NCBI GenBank assembly: GCA_963815115.1
Contig: CAWFFN010000005.1
Span: forward strand, 384,001 to 448,000
Length of the DNA stretch: 64,000 nt
Origin: an uncultured delta proteobacterium
GTDB lineage: Bacteria > Desulfobacterota > Binatia > DP-6
Direction: 5' to 3'
The notes under the pieces are model-generated. The model ran no database searches, was not told where the DNA came from, and worked only from the letters and a program-made list of their open reading frames with translations. The translations under genes were made by a program, and so were the position numbers. This document shows positions 27,032 to 35,986 of the stretch, piece after piece (within the stretch, counting starts at the first letter, position 1; every line of letters starts with the position of its first letter).

Positions 27032-28123
27032 ATGGTACGAGGCGCGGTGCTCTACAATTTCAACGAGGCGCTCACGATCGATTCGCTGGAGCTGAAGGCG
27101 CCGCGTGCCGACGAGGTCGTGGTGAAGCTCGCCGCCAGCGGCGTGTGCCACTCGGACCTGTCCGTGCAGCAGATGAAGCTGCCGTTCCCGCCCCCGGTGG
27201 TGCTCGGACACGAGGGCGCCGGGATCGTCGAGGAGGTCGGCAAGGACGTCACCACCCTCGAGGCCGGCGACCACGTGGTGCTCTCCTGGGTCGAGGCCTG
27301 TGGCCGCTGCCACTACTGCGTGGCCGGCACGGTTCACCTGTGCGATCGCAGCCAGCAGGGGCTGATGACCGGCGAGGAGAACGTCTTCAGGAAGAACGGG
27401 ACGGAGATCGCTCGCATGGCGGGCGTCGGCTCCTTCGCGGAACGGACGGTGGTGCGCGCGACCGCCGCCATCAAGATCCCGGACGACGTCCCTCTCGATC
27501 GCGCCTGTCTGGTCGGCTGCGGCGTGATGACCGGCGTCGGTGCGGTGGTCAACACCGCCAGGGTGCGGCCGGGAGAGACGGTCGCGGTGTTCGGATGCGG
27601 CGGGGTCGGCCTGAACGTCATCCAGGGGGCGGCGCTGAGCGGGGCGTCGCGCATCATCGGCGTCGACCTCGCGAAGAGCAAGCTCGAGCTGGCGAAGCAG
27701 TTCGGCGCCACCGACGTGGTCGACGCGTCGGGGGGAGCGGACGCGCCCGGGGCGATCAAGGAGCTGACCGGCGGCCTCGGCGTGGACTACGCCTTCGAGG
27801 TGATCGGCGCGCCGGCGGTGATCACCCAGGCCTTCCTGTCGGTGAAGCGCGGCGGCAAGGCGGTGGTGGTCGGCGTGCCGGGCTTCGGCCTCGACGTGTC
27901 CGTGCCTGGCATCATGCTCCCGCTGGACGAGAAGTCGCTCGTCGGCTCGCTGTACGGCTCGGCCAACATGCGGCGCGACATGCCGAAGCTGCTCGACCTC
28001 TACATGCGGGGCAAGCTCAAGATCGACGAGCTGGTCTCGCGGCGCATCAAGCTCGACGACGTCAACGACGCGTTCGAGGCGATGGAGAAGGGCGAGGTCG
28101 CGCGCTCGGTGATAGTGTACTGA
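27032..28123 (+). CDS. Zinc-dependent alcohol dehydrogenase (class III-like MDR)
   Basis: GVCHSD, GHEGAG, structural Zn CGRCHYC...C, GCGVMTG, GCGGVG; GGGAGG RBS before ATG 27032. Confidence 0.94.
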   Translation: MVRGAVLYNFNEALTIDSLELKAPRADEVVVKLAASGVCHSDLSVQQMKLPFPPPVVLGHEGAGIVEEVGKDVTTLEAGDHVVLSWVEACGRCHYCVAGTVHLCDRSQQGLMTGEENVFRKNGTEIARMAGVGSFAERTVVRATAAIKIPDDVPLDRACLVGCGVMTGVGAVVNTARVRPGETVAVFGCGGVGLNVIQGAALSGASRIIGVDLAKSKLELAKQFGATDVVDASGGADAPGAIKELTGGLGVDYAFEVIGAPAVITQAFLSVKRGGKAVVVGVPGFGLDVSVPGIMLPLDEKSLVGSLYGSANMRRDMPKLLDLYMRGKLKIDELVSRRIKLDDVNDAFEAMEKGEVARSVIVY

Positions 28124-29094
28124 TGCCCGTGACCACGATCCGGCGACCGGGGAGGGTCGGGGTCGCGGCATGTCTCGTGGGCATCCTGCTCGCCGCCAGC
28201 GCCGGCGCCGACACCAAGCCGCCGAAGCTGCGTCGTCCCAAGGAGGGCATCCAGTTCACCGTCGGCCCGGTGACCGTCGAGCGCGGCAAGGAAGTCACCG
28301 AGTGCACGTACTTCAAGATGCCGAGCAAGCGCGACCTCGACGTCAACAAGGTCCAGATCAAGGTGAGCGGCGGCAGTCACCACGTCCACCTCTACCGGCC
28401 CCAGGACGCGAGCCTGGATGAACCTGACGGTCACGAGACCTGCAACTTCGCCCTCGACTTCAGCGTGTGGCAGCTCATCCTGGCGAGCCAGAGCCTGTCG
28501 CTCACCTGGCGCCTCCCGCCCGGCGTCGCCTTCCACTTCCGGGGGGACGAGCAGCTCGCCGCGCAGACGCACTTCGTCGACAACGGGCTGCTCGCCACGC
28601 CGACCGGCGAGGGCTGGGCGGTCTTCAACCTGTTCCGGATGCCGAGACGCAAGGTGAAGTCGTACGCCGGCGCCATCTTCGGCCAGGACCGCGACGTCGT
28701 GGTGCCGCCGGGCAGCTCGACCGCCACCACCCGCTGCATCTTCCCCAAGCCGGTGAAGCTGCTCGCGCTGACCGGTCATTTTCACTTTCGCGGCGTCGAC
28801 TTCACGGCGGGGACGTGGGATGGCTCCAGCGGCACGGAGATCTATCACCAGGTCGGGTACGAGCATCCCGCGTTCGTGCGTTTCACGCCGACCAACACGC
28901 CCACGATCACCGGCATCCAGTGGACGTGCGCCTACGAGAACCACGACGACGAGACGTACACCTTCGGGCCGTTCACGGAGCACAACGAGCACTGCAACCT
29001 GTTTGCGTTCTACTACCCGACCGAGGGCAATCACGAGACCATCACCTGCGTGCAGGAGAACGGCATCGTGACCACCACCGTCCGCGGCGGGTGA
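28123..29094 (+). CDS. Secreted copper type II (PHM/DBH-like) monooxygenase-domain protein
   Basis: TGATG coupling to the ADH gene; signal peptide. CuH-like SHHVHL and QTHF, CuM-like GHFHFRG and NEHCNLF (canonical DEMCN). Confidence 0.75.
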   Translation: MPVTTIRRPGRVGVAACLVGILLAASAGADTKPPKLRRPKEGIQFTVGPVTVERGKEVTECTYFKMPSKRDLDVNKVQIKVSGGSHHVHLYRPQDASLDEPDGHETCNFALDFSVWQLILASQSLSLTWRLPPGVAFHFRGDEQLAAQTHFVDNGLLATPTGEGWAVFNLFRMPRRKVKSYAGAIFGQDRDVVVPPGSSTATTRCIFPKPVKLLALTGHFHFRGVDFTAGTWDGSSGTEIYHQVGYEHPAFVRFTPTNTPTITGIQWTCAYENHDDETYTFGPFTEHNEHCNLFAFYYPTEGNHETITCVQENGIVTTTVRGG

Positions 29095-29104
29095 GCGTCG
29101 CTGG

Positions 29105-29986
29105 CTAGCAGGCGGCGAGCGCGCGCAGGAGCTCCTCGAGCGCGTGAGCCGCGTCGGCGACGTCGCGTCCGCGCGGCAGGCCGACGACCAGATCTTCCAG
29201 GCCCGCAGCGCGATAGGCCCCGAGGTCGCGGCGGAGCGCGGCGGCCGTGTCGCGGCGCCGGAGCGTGACGCGGACCGACGCCGGATCGCGGCCCCCGGCC
29301 TCGCAGCACGCCCGCAGGCGAGCCACGCGCGCCGCCATCTCCGCGGGCGAGAGGTCGATGCCGTGCCAGCCGTCGCCGTGACGCGCGGCGCGTGCCAGGG
29401 CGGCCGCGGAGTTGCCGGCGATCCAGATGGGCGGGTGCGGGCGCTGGACCGGTCGCGGGCCCGTGCGCACGGGCGGGAGCCGGTAGTAGGGACCGTCGTG
29501 CGACGCCGTCCCGCCCGCCCAGAGCGCGCGGCACACCGCCAGGTAGTCGTCGGTGCGGCGGCCGCGTCCGGCGAACGGCACATCGAGCGCGGCGAATTCC
29601 TCCGCCAGCCAGCCGGTGCCGACGGCGAGGACGAGGCGTCCGCCCGAGAGCGCATCGAGCGTCGCCGCGTGCTTCGCCGTGAGCACCGGATTGCGATACG
29701 GCATCACGTAGGCGCTCACCCCGAGCCGGACCCGACGCGTGTGCCCGGCGAGGAAGGCGAGGGTCACCAGGGGCTCGTAGAACTCCTCGATGATGCCGAG
29801 CCGGGCGGGACCCGGAGCGGCCTCGCCGCCGTAGGGGTACACGCTGCGCACGTCCGCCGGCGCGACCAGGTGGTCGCTGAGCCAGACGCCGTCGGCGCCG
29901 AGCCCCTCGGCGAGCTGCGCCAGCCGGACGAGGGCATCGGGCCCCGCCAGCGGGCCGTAGTTGGGGAGCGCGACGCCGATCCGCAC
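29105..29986 (-). CDS. LLM class (probably F420-dependent) oxidoreductase
   Basis: RIGVALP, VWLSDHLV, ATLDALSGGRL, GWLAEEF, PVQRPHPPIWIAGNS; GTG start inferred. Confidence 0.88.
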   Translation of the reverse strand: MRIGVALPNYGPLAGPDALVRLAQLAEGLGADGVWLSDHLVAPADVRSVYPYGGEAAPGPARLGIIEEFYEPLVTLAFLAGHTRRVRLGVSAYVMPYRNPVLTAKHAATLDALSGGRLVLAVGTGWLAEEFAALDVPFAGRGRRTDDYLAVCRALWAGGTASHDGPYYRLPPVRTGPRPVQRPHPPIWIAGNSAAALARAARHGDGWHGIDLSPAEMAARVARLRACCEAGGRDPASVRVTLRRRDTAAALRRDLGAYRAAGLEDLVVGLPRGRDVADAAHALEELLRALAAC

Positions 29987-30051
29987 CGTCGCGATGATGG
30001 CAGACGGCGCTGCTTGCAGTCGAGCCCGCTCCGGGCGCACCATCGCGCGCC

Positions 30052-30498
30052 GTGGCGACGGACGTCGAGGCCATCACCGCGCTGGTCATGTCGTACGCCG
30101 AGCGCATCGACGCGGGCGATCTCGATGGCGTGGCCGCGCTGTTCGCGCACGCCACCTGGCGCTCGTCGGTCCGGGCCGAGCCGCTACGCGGCGTCGCCGA
30201 GGTGCGGCGGGCCTACGACGGAGTGCTGCTCTATGACGGCGTTCCCGCGACCCGCCACGCCGTCACCAACCTCGTCGTGGAGATCGAGCCGCCGGATCGG
30301 GCGCGGGCGCGCTCGACCTTCACCGTCTTCCAGGCGCGGCCGGACTTTCCGCTCCAGGCAGTCATCTGCGGGCGCTATCACGACGCGTTCGAGCGCGTCG
30401 CGGGGAGCTGGCGCTTTGCGGATCGCCTGATCGTGCCCGAGCTGATCGGCGACCTGAGCCGTCACCTCAGGCCCGGGCCCGGACCTGCTCGGGCGTGA
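30052..30498 (+). CDS. SnoaL-like / NTF2 family protein
   Basis: [27 protein letters not shown]...WRFADR. Confidence 0.85.
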   Translation: MATDVEAITALVMSYAERIDAGDLDGVAALFAHATWRSSVRAEPLRGVAEVRRAYDGVLLYDGVPATRHAVTNLVVEIEPPDRARARSTFTVFQARPDFPLQAVICGRYHDAFERVAGSWRFADRLIVPELIGDLSRHLRPGPGPARA

Positions 30499-31697
30499 AG
30501 CGGATCGGCATCCGCTTGATGCCGTTGATGAAGTTCGAGCGCAGGCGCTCCACGGGTCCGGCCACCTCGATGTCGGGCAGGCGCCGCAGCAGCTCCTCGA
30601 ACATCACGCGGATACTCGAGGCGCGCCAGGTTGGCGCCGAGACAGAAGTGGGGGCCGATGCCGAAGGCGAGATGGTCGTTGGGCGTCCGGCCGACGTCGA
30701 AGCGGGCGGCGTCCGGGAAGACGTCGTCGTCGCGGTTGGCGGACGCGTAGAACAGGACCAGCTTGTCGCCCTCGCGGATGCGCTGCCCGCCGAGCTCGAC
30801 GTCGCGCGTGGCGGTGCGCTGGAAGAGGTTGACGGGCGTCACCCAGCGCAGCATCTCCTCGACCGCCGTCGCCAGCAGCCCGGGATCGGCCTGCAGGCGC
30901 GCGCGCTCCTCGGGATGCTCGATCAGGGCCAGGAGGCCGCCGGAGATGAGGTTGCGGGTGGTCTCGTTGCCCGCGACCAGGAGCAGCATGAAGAAGGCGT
31001 TGAACTCCTGGAGCGTCAGGCGGCTGCCGTCGACCTCGCCCTGCATGAGCTCGCTCGCCAGGTCCTCGCGCGGGTGGGCGCTCCGATCGGCGGCCAGCTC
31101 GTTGGCGTACATGAAGAGCTCGGCGGCGGCGATCTTCGGGACCATCGGGTCGGTCTGGTACTCGGGGTCGTCGTAGGCGATCATCTGGTTGCTCCACTGG
31201 AGCACCCGACGCCGGTCCTCGACCGGGACCCCGGCCAGCTCGACGATCACCCGCAGCGGCAGCTCGGCGGCGATCGCGTCGACGAAGTCGCACTCGCCGG
31301 CCCCCGCGACCTGATCGAGGATGCTCGTCGTGATGTCGCGAACGTGCTCCTCCAGCCGGCGGATCATGCGGCCGGAGAACCCGAGGCTCACCAGCTTGCG
31401 GTACTTGGTGTGGTCGGGCGGGTCGAGGTTGATGAGCATGTTGCGCTGCGCCTGGTATTCCTCCTCGTTCCAGGGCCGCATGATGGCGCCGCGGCGCTGC
31501 GAGGAGAACGTCTTCTGGTCGAGGGAGATGGCGAACAGGTCCGGGTAGCGAGTGATCGCCCAGAAGCCTGCGTCGTCCGGCCGCTCCTGCCAGCACACCG
31601 GCGCTTCGGTGCGGAGTCGGCGGAAGGCGGCATGGGGCGGCCCGTGGACGGCGTAGTGGTCCTGGTCGAGCAGGTCGGCATCGACACCCGTGGTCAT
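30467..31697 (-). CDS. Cytochrome P450 (CYP125/142-like), with an apparent +1 frameshift at 30614
   Basis: [24 protein letters not shown] and [13 protein letters not shown] heme motif. The normal tail [13 protein letters not shown]...[12 protein letters not shown] resumes if one base at 30614 is removed, ending at TGA 30469-30467. Confidence 0.9.
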
Positions 31698-31714
31698 CGC
31701 CTCGGATGTACGAG

Positions 31715-31734
31715 AACAAACGTTCGTTTGTCAA
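31715..31734 (-). promoter_or_regulatory. Palindromic operator overlapping a TTGACA -35 box (copy 2)
   Basis: AACAAAC-GTTC-GTTTGTC-AA on +. The minus strand reads TTGACA-N18-TACATC, 7 nt before the P450 ATG. Confidence 0.72.
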
Positions 31735-31770
31735 GAAAAAGGGCGATTATCCCAGAAAAAGAGGGGTCGC

Positions 31771-32667
31771 TCAGCCGTCGCGCTCGACGAATCCGAGCTC
31801 GTGGATGCCATACCCGGTGCGCCCCGCGTACCGGTAGCGGGTGATGGCGTCCTTGAGCGCGGTCCGCCCCATCCAGACCGGGCAATTCACCAGGACCTCC
31901 TCGCCCACGATCCGGTGCTCGCGGCCGTGCTCGTCGGTGAGGAGGGCGTCGACTCCCGTCTGCCGGGAGCCGTCCTCGGCCGTGCGCGGCTCGATCTCGA
32001 GCTGCTGGAGCGCGAGCAGCTCGCGGCCGTCCCACAGGCAGCCGATGCGGATGTCGAGCTGGTCCCCCAGGTCGATGCGCACGGCGTTGAACCAGAAGTC
32101 GTCTCCGAACTCGCCCGAGAGGTAGGTCCAGCGGTGGAACTTGGTCCAGTCGCGCTCGCCACCCCACGAGTGGTCGCGGTGCCCGACGCCCTCGAAGGGA
32201 TGGGAGACGCCGCCGAGCGTCACCGTGCCGGTCACGCGCCCGCCCTGCTCGATGTGCCCAGGGAACTCGTCGCTCGGCGGGGTGGGGTATTTGTAGGCCG
32301 GGCTGGTGGCGTTCCAGCGCAGGTCGAAGGCGGTCGGGCCGGCGTCGTAGCGCAGCCGGAAGCGCTCGAGCGGTTGCTCGATCTCCACGTGAAGCCCGGC
32401 CACCGTGAAGGCGTCGCCGTCGAGCGGCGGGGCCGGCGCGCGGTGCTCGGCGATGGCGTGGACGATCGCGCCCTTGTGGGTGACGAAGAGATAGAGATTC
32501 GCGTCGCCGCGCTGCATGTACATCCCGGCGCGCAGCACGACGCCGATCTCGCTGGCCGGGTCGTAGAGGGGAAACCAGTAGCTCTCGCTCCACAGCGGCA
32601 GCGCGGTGGGACCCGGGCGGTGGCGACGGTCGTCCTCGGGCGACGCCATGTGGCTCGTGCTCGCCAT
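31771..32667 (-). CDS. Conserved hypothetical protein (tocopherol-cyclase/AttH-like fold likely)
   Basis: C-terminal part of ORF 31771..33267; start MASTSH after AAGGAG. WSESYWF, HIEQGGRVTG, GHRDHSWGGERDW, GYGIHE. Confidence 0.75.
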   Translation of the reverse strand: MASTSHMASPEDDRRHRPGPTALPLWSESYWFPLYDPASEIGVVLRAGMYMQRGDANLYLFVTHKGAIVHAIAEHRAPAPPLDGDAFTVAGLHVEIEQPLERFRLRYDAGPTAFDLRWNATSPAYKYPTPPSDEFPGHIEQGGRVTGTVTLGGVSHPFEGVGHRDHSWGGERDWTKFHRWTYLSGEFGDDFWFNAVRIDLGDQLDIRIGCLWDGRELLALQQLEIEPRTAEDGSRQTGVDALLTDEHGREHRIVGEEVLVNCPVWMGRTALKDAITRYRYAGRTGYGIHELGFVERDG

Positions 32668-32669
32668 GC

Positions 32670-34052
32670 TCACTCCTTCCGGCCGAGCCGGCCGATCAGC
32701 TCCTCGTGCAGCATGAGCAACGTGAGATCGCCGCTGATGCGCAGCTTGCCGTCCATGAAGGCCTGCAGGCGGTCGAGTGTCCCGGCCTGGACCGCATGCC
32801 AGTCCGCCGCCTCGGCCTCGAGCGTGGCGTCCGGATCGTCGACGACCCCGCGATGGCGCGTGCCCTCGGCGCCGCGCACGACCACGTACCAGTCGCCTCC
32901 GCCCGCGCCGGAGAGCCGGAACTGGAGTCGGACGGGCGCGTCCGGCTGCCGCCGGCCGACGGTCGTGGTGAGTCGCGCCTCGCCCGGCGGCGGCAGATCG
33001 AGGAGGCGGGCGAGCGCCTGGGTGCAGACGTTGTTTGCCTCCCAGTCCGGAGCCGGCAGCGACGCGCCGATGGCGCGCATGCGGATGGCGACCCGCGCCA
33101 GGACGACGCCGTAGCGGAACGCAGCGAAGACCTCGTGCCAGTGTGCGTGCTCCACCGGGTGGCCGGTGAGCTCGGCATAGCGTGCGAGCGTTTCCTCCTT
33201 GCCCGGAATGCCCTCCAGATGGGGCCCCCCGTACCCCTCGTTGTTCGCCCAGTCGAGGAAGCACCACCAGCCGAGATCCGCCTCGGGATCGCCGAGAAAC
33301 GCCATCTCCCAGTCGAGCACCGCGACCACCTCGTCGGCGCTGAACATCAGGTTGGGCAGGCGGGAGTCGCCCCAGCAGAGCGCGATCCGCCGGGGCGTGA
33401 AGGCATTGGCGCGCAGCCAGGCGAGTGACGCGTCGAGGGTCGGCTGGGGTGGGCCGTCAGCGCGCACGAGGCCGAGGAAGTGATCCCAGTAGGCCAGCTG
33501 GAGGTCGAGCGCATCGCGGCCGCGCCCGGGCTCGCCGAGGAAGCCCAGCCCGTGCGCCCGCCAGTCGAGAGCATGGATGCGCGCCAGCATGTCGAGCCCG
33601 TTCCACCACACCCGCGCCCGCCGCTCGGGCGTGGCGTCGTGCACCCAGCCGAAGACGTGGTACGACGGCACCTCGGACGGCACCTCGCCCAGGACGGCGT
33701 CCATGACGTAGAAGGGGCTGCCGAGGACGCCGGGATCGTGCTCGAGCCAGCGCACCCGCGGCACGGGCACGCCGGTGCCGGCGAGCCGCGCCATCACGGT
33801 GTACTGGCGTTCGATGTCGTACTCGGGAAAGACGAGGAAGTCGGTCGGCTCGAGGCGGGCGACCAGGCGCTCGTGCCGCGGCTGCCCTCCGCTGCGGTAG
33901 GCGACGTCGAGGAGGAAGGTCTCGTTCGAGACGCCGGCCTTGGGCGCGCGCAGCGACGAGACCTCGACCTCGCTTGCATCCGGCAGGACGCGGGCAAGCC
34001 AGCCCGTCAGTCCGGTACGGACGCGTTCCAGGTCCCGCTGGCGTCCGAGCAC
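32670..34052 (-). CDS. APH/ACAD10-like phosphotransferase fused to a C-terminal SCP2 sterol-binding domain
   Basis: GVSNET, PFYVMD, LCWGDSRLPN, VLDWEMA; C-terminal QFRLSGAGGGDW...LQAFMDGKLRISGDL. Confidence 0.85.
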   Translation of the reverse strand: MLGRQRDLERVRTGLTGWLARVLPDASEVEVSSLRAPKAGVSNETFLLDVAYRSGGQPRHERLVARLEPTDFLVFPEYDIERQYTVMARLAGTGVPVPRVRWLEHDPGVLGSPFYVMDAVLGEVPSEVPSYHVFGWVHDATPERRARVWWNGLDMLARIHALDWRAHGLGFLGEPGRGRDALDLQLAYWDHFLGLVRADGPPQPTLDASLAWLRANAFTPRRIALCWGDSRLPNLMFSADEVVAVLDWEMAFLGDPEADLGWWCFLDWANNEGYGGPHLEGIPGKEETLARYAELTGHPVEHAHWHEVFAAFRYGVVLARVAIRMRAIGASLPAPDWEANNVCTQALARLLDLPPPGEARLTTTVGRRQPDAPVRLQFRLSGAGGGDWYVVVRGAEGTRHRGVVDDPDATLEAEAADWHAVQAGTLDRLQAFMDGKLRISGDLTLLMLHEELIGRLGRKE

Positions 34053-34064
34053 GGCGTGCGAGGA

Positions 34065-34991
34065 TCAGCGCAGTGCGGTGCGCAGGGCGGCCGCGGCTTC
34101 GGCGACCGATTGCTTCCCCTGGTCGAGCAGCGAGCCCATGGCGAAGAAGCCGTGGATCATGCCGTCGTACCGGTGCAGCGTCACGGGGACGTCGGCCTCG
34201 CGCAGGCGTGCCGCGTACGTCTCGCCCTCGTCGCGCAGCGGGTCGAACTCCGCCGTGATCACGAGCGCCGGCGGAAGGCCCCGCAGGTCGCGCGTGCGGA
34301 GCGGCGACGCGCGCGGATCGGAACGATCGCCGTCCCCCAGGTAGTGGTCGTAGAACCAGCGCATGCCGTCGAGCTCGAGGAAGTAGCCGGTGGCGTTCTC
34401 GCGGTACGACGGCGTGTCGTATCCCGCGTCGGTGGCCGGATAGACGAGAAGCTGGAAGCGCAGCGACGGGGTTCCGCGATCGCGTGCGAGCTGCGACACC
34501 ACGGCGGTCAGGGTGCCGCCGGCGCTGTCGCCACCGACGGCGACCCGCTTCGGATCGCACCCCAGCGTTGCGGCGTTGGCGACCGCCCACGAGGCGGCGG
34601 CGTAGCAGTCGTCGACCGCGGCGGGAAACCGGTGCTCGGGCGCGAGACGATAGTCGACCGCGAGCACCGCACATCCCGCCTGGTTGGCGAGGCTCCGGCA
34701 GACGTTGTCGTGCGACTCGAGCCCGCCCAGCACCCAGCCTCCACCGTGGAAGTAGACCAGGAGCGGCAGCGGGCCGCTGCCCTCGGGCCGGTAGAGCCGT
34801 GCGGGGATGGAGCCCGCCGGGCCGGGGACCGCGCGGTCCTCGACGTGGTGGACCGGATCGCCGGCGCCGACGAGCACGTTCAGCGATTCCATCAGCTGGC
34901 GCGCCTCGGGCACCGCCATCGTGTGGAGCGGTGGCGAGCCCATCGACTCCATCTGATCGAGGAGCATGCGTGCCTGGGGATCGAGCGGCAT
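34065..34991 (-). CDS. Hormone-sensitive-lipase family esterase (alpha/beta hydrolase)
   Basis: Start MPLDPQA; HGGGW, YRLAPEH, GDSAGG, DPLRDEG, HGF. Confidence 0.94.
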   Translation of the reverse strand: MPLDPQARMLLDQMESMGSPPLHTMAVPEARQLMESLNVLVGAGDPVHHVEDRAVPGPAGSIPARLYRPEGSGPLPLLVYFHGGGWVLGGLESHDNVCRSLANQAGCAVLAVDYRLAPEHRFPAAVDDCYAAASWAVANAATLGCDPKRVAVGGDSAGGTLTAVVSQLARDRGTPSLRFQLLVYPATDAGYDTPSYRENATGYFLELDGMRWFYDHYLGDGDRSDPRASPLRTRDLRGLPPALVITAEFDPLRDEGETYAARLREADVPVTLHRYDGMIHGFFAMGSLLDQGKQSVAEAAAALRTALR

Positions 34992-35059
34992 GGGCGCGGA
35001 GGATAGGTGCACGCGCGGACGGGCGTCAACCCCGCCGCGTGGGCACGCGAGGACGCCGA

Positions 35060-35815
35060 TCAGCGCAGGCCGGAGGCGCGGAGCTGCTTCAGGTCGGCGC
35101 GCTTCACGGCGCCGCCGTGCTTGCGCTCCTCGCTGCGATGCCCGCGACGATCCTCCCGCCGGAACGCCCGGCTCTTCGTCTTCGACCCGTAGGTCTGGCT
35201 CCACTTCCCGCTCCGGAAGATGATCTGGTATCCGCCGGAGAGGATCTGGAACGGCCGCTTCACCTTGCGCAGGTGATCGAAGCGCGTGGAGTTGGGCTTC
35301 CGGAAGACCTCGAAGTAGGACGGGTACACGAAGTCGGTCATGGGGACGCCCTCGACCTTGTAGCTGAGCGACTCCACCGGGTCGGCGGTCTCGTAGGCGT
35401 ACATGGTGCGCAAGTCGGGGCCGGTCGTCATCATGTTGATCGCCGGGTCGACCAGCATCTCCACCAGCTCGTGCGACGCCGACACGCTCACCAGGTCGCC
35501 GTTCTGGATGGTCGTGCGGACGAAGACCTTCGACAGCGGCAGGCCCTCCGGCGTGAGATCGTGGTAGGCGAGCGCGCCCGGCTGATCGGCGTCGTCGAGG
35601 AACACGACCGCCCAGGCGTTCTTCAGGAACCCCGTGGTCTTCACCAGCCGGGCCGGCGTGCCCCACACCGGCGCGACGTGCCTGTCGACGAACGTCTGCA
35701 TGGCGCGCACCAGCCTGTCGAGATCGACCCCGAGGGGCGTCTTCGCCTGGTTGAAGCACGCGATGGTCGGAACCTGGCCCTGCTCGAACGCGGCGCGAAC
35801 GCTGGCCTTTGCCAT
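35060..35815 (-). CDS. Hypothetical protein with a HExxE zincin-like motif
   Basis: Strong GAGGAGG RBS and typical codon usage; ALAYH, SHELVEMLVDP, ETADPVE; basic tail. Confidence 0.75.
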   Translation of the reverse strand: MAKASVRAAFEQGQVPTIACFNQAKTPLGVDLDRLVRAMQTFVDRHVAPVWGTPARLVKTTGFLKNAWAVVFLDDADQPGALAYHDLTPEGLPLSKVFVRTTIQNGDLVSVSASHELVEMLVDPAINMMTTGPDLRTMYAYETADPVESLSYKVEGVPMTDFVYPSYFEVFRKPNSTRFDHLRKVKRPFQILSGGYQIIFRSGKWSQTYGSKTKSRAFRREDRRGHRSEERKHGGAVKRADLKQLRASGLR

Positions 35816-35986
35816 GACGACCTCCTCGACGTGGTGGCCGTCTTTCTACGTCCATCTCGCTGCTCCAGTCAACGCAGCGTCCAGCGAGATACCCTGAATC
35901 GCAGCCTGAAAGCCCGGACCGCCGGGTCGCGCACGAGTACCTCCTGCGCTTGACAGCGGACGGGAAGTCGACGCAGGTCGCCGTCG

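Noticed and set aside
24299-28171. Apparent 1290-aa fusion ending in the acyl-CoA synthetase
   Set aside because: The first ~737 codons are the antisense shadow of the DUF5996-like and ADH genes; a promoter/operator sits just before ATG 25960.
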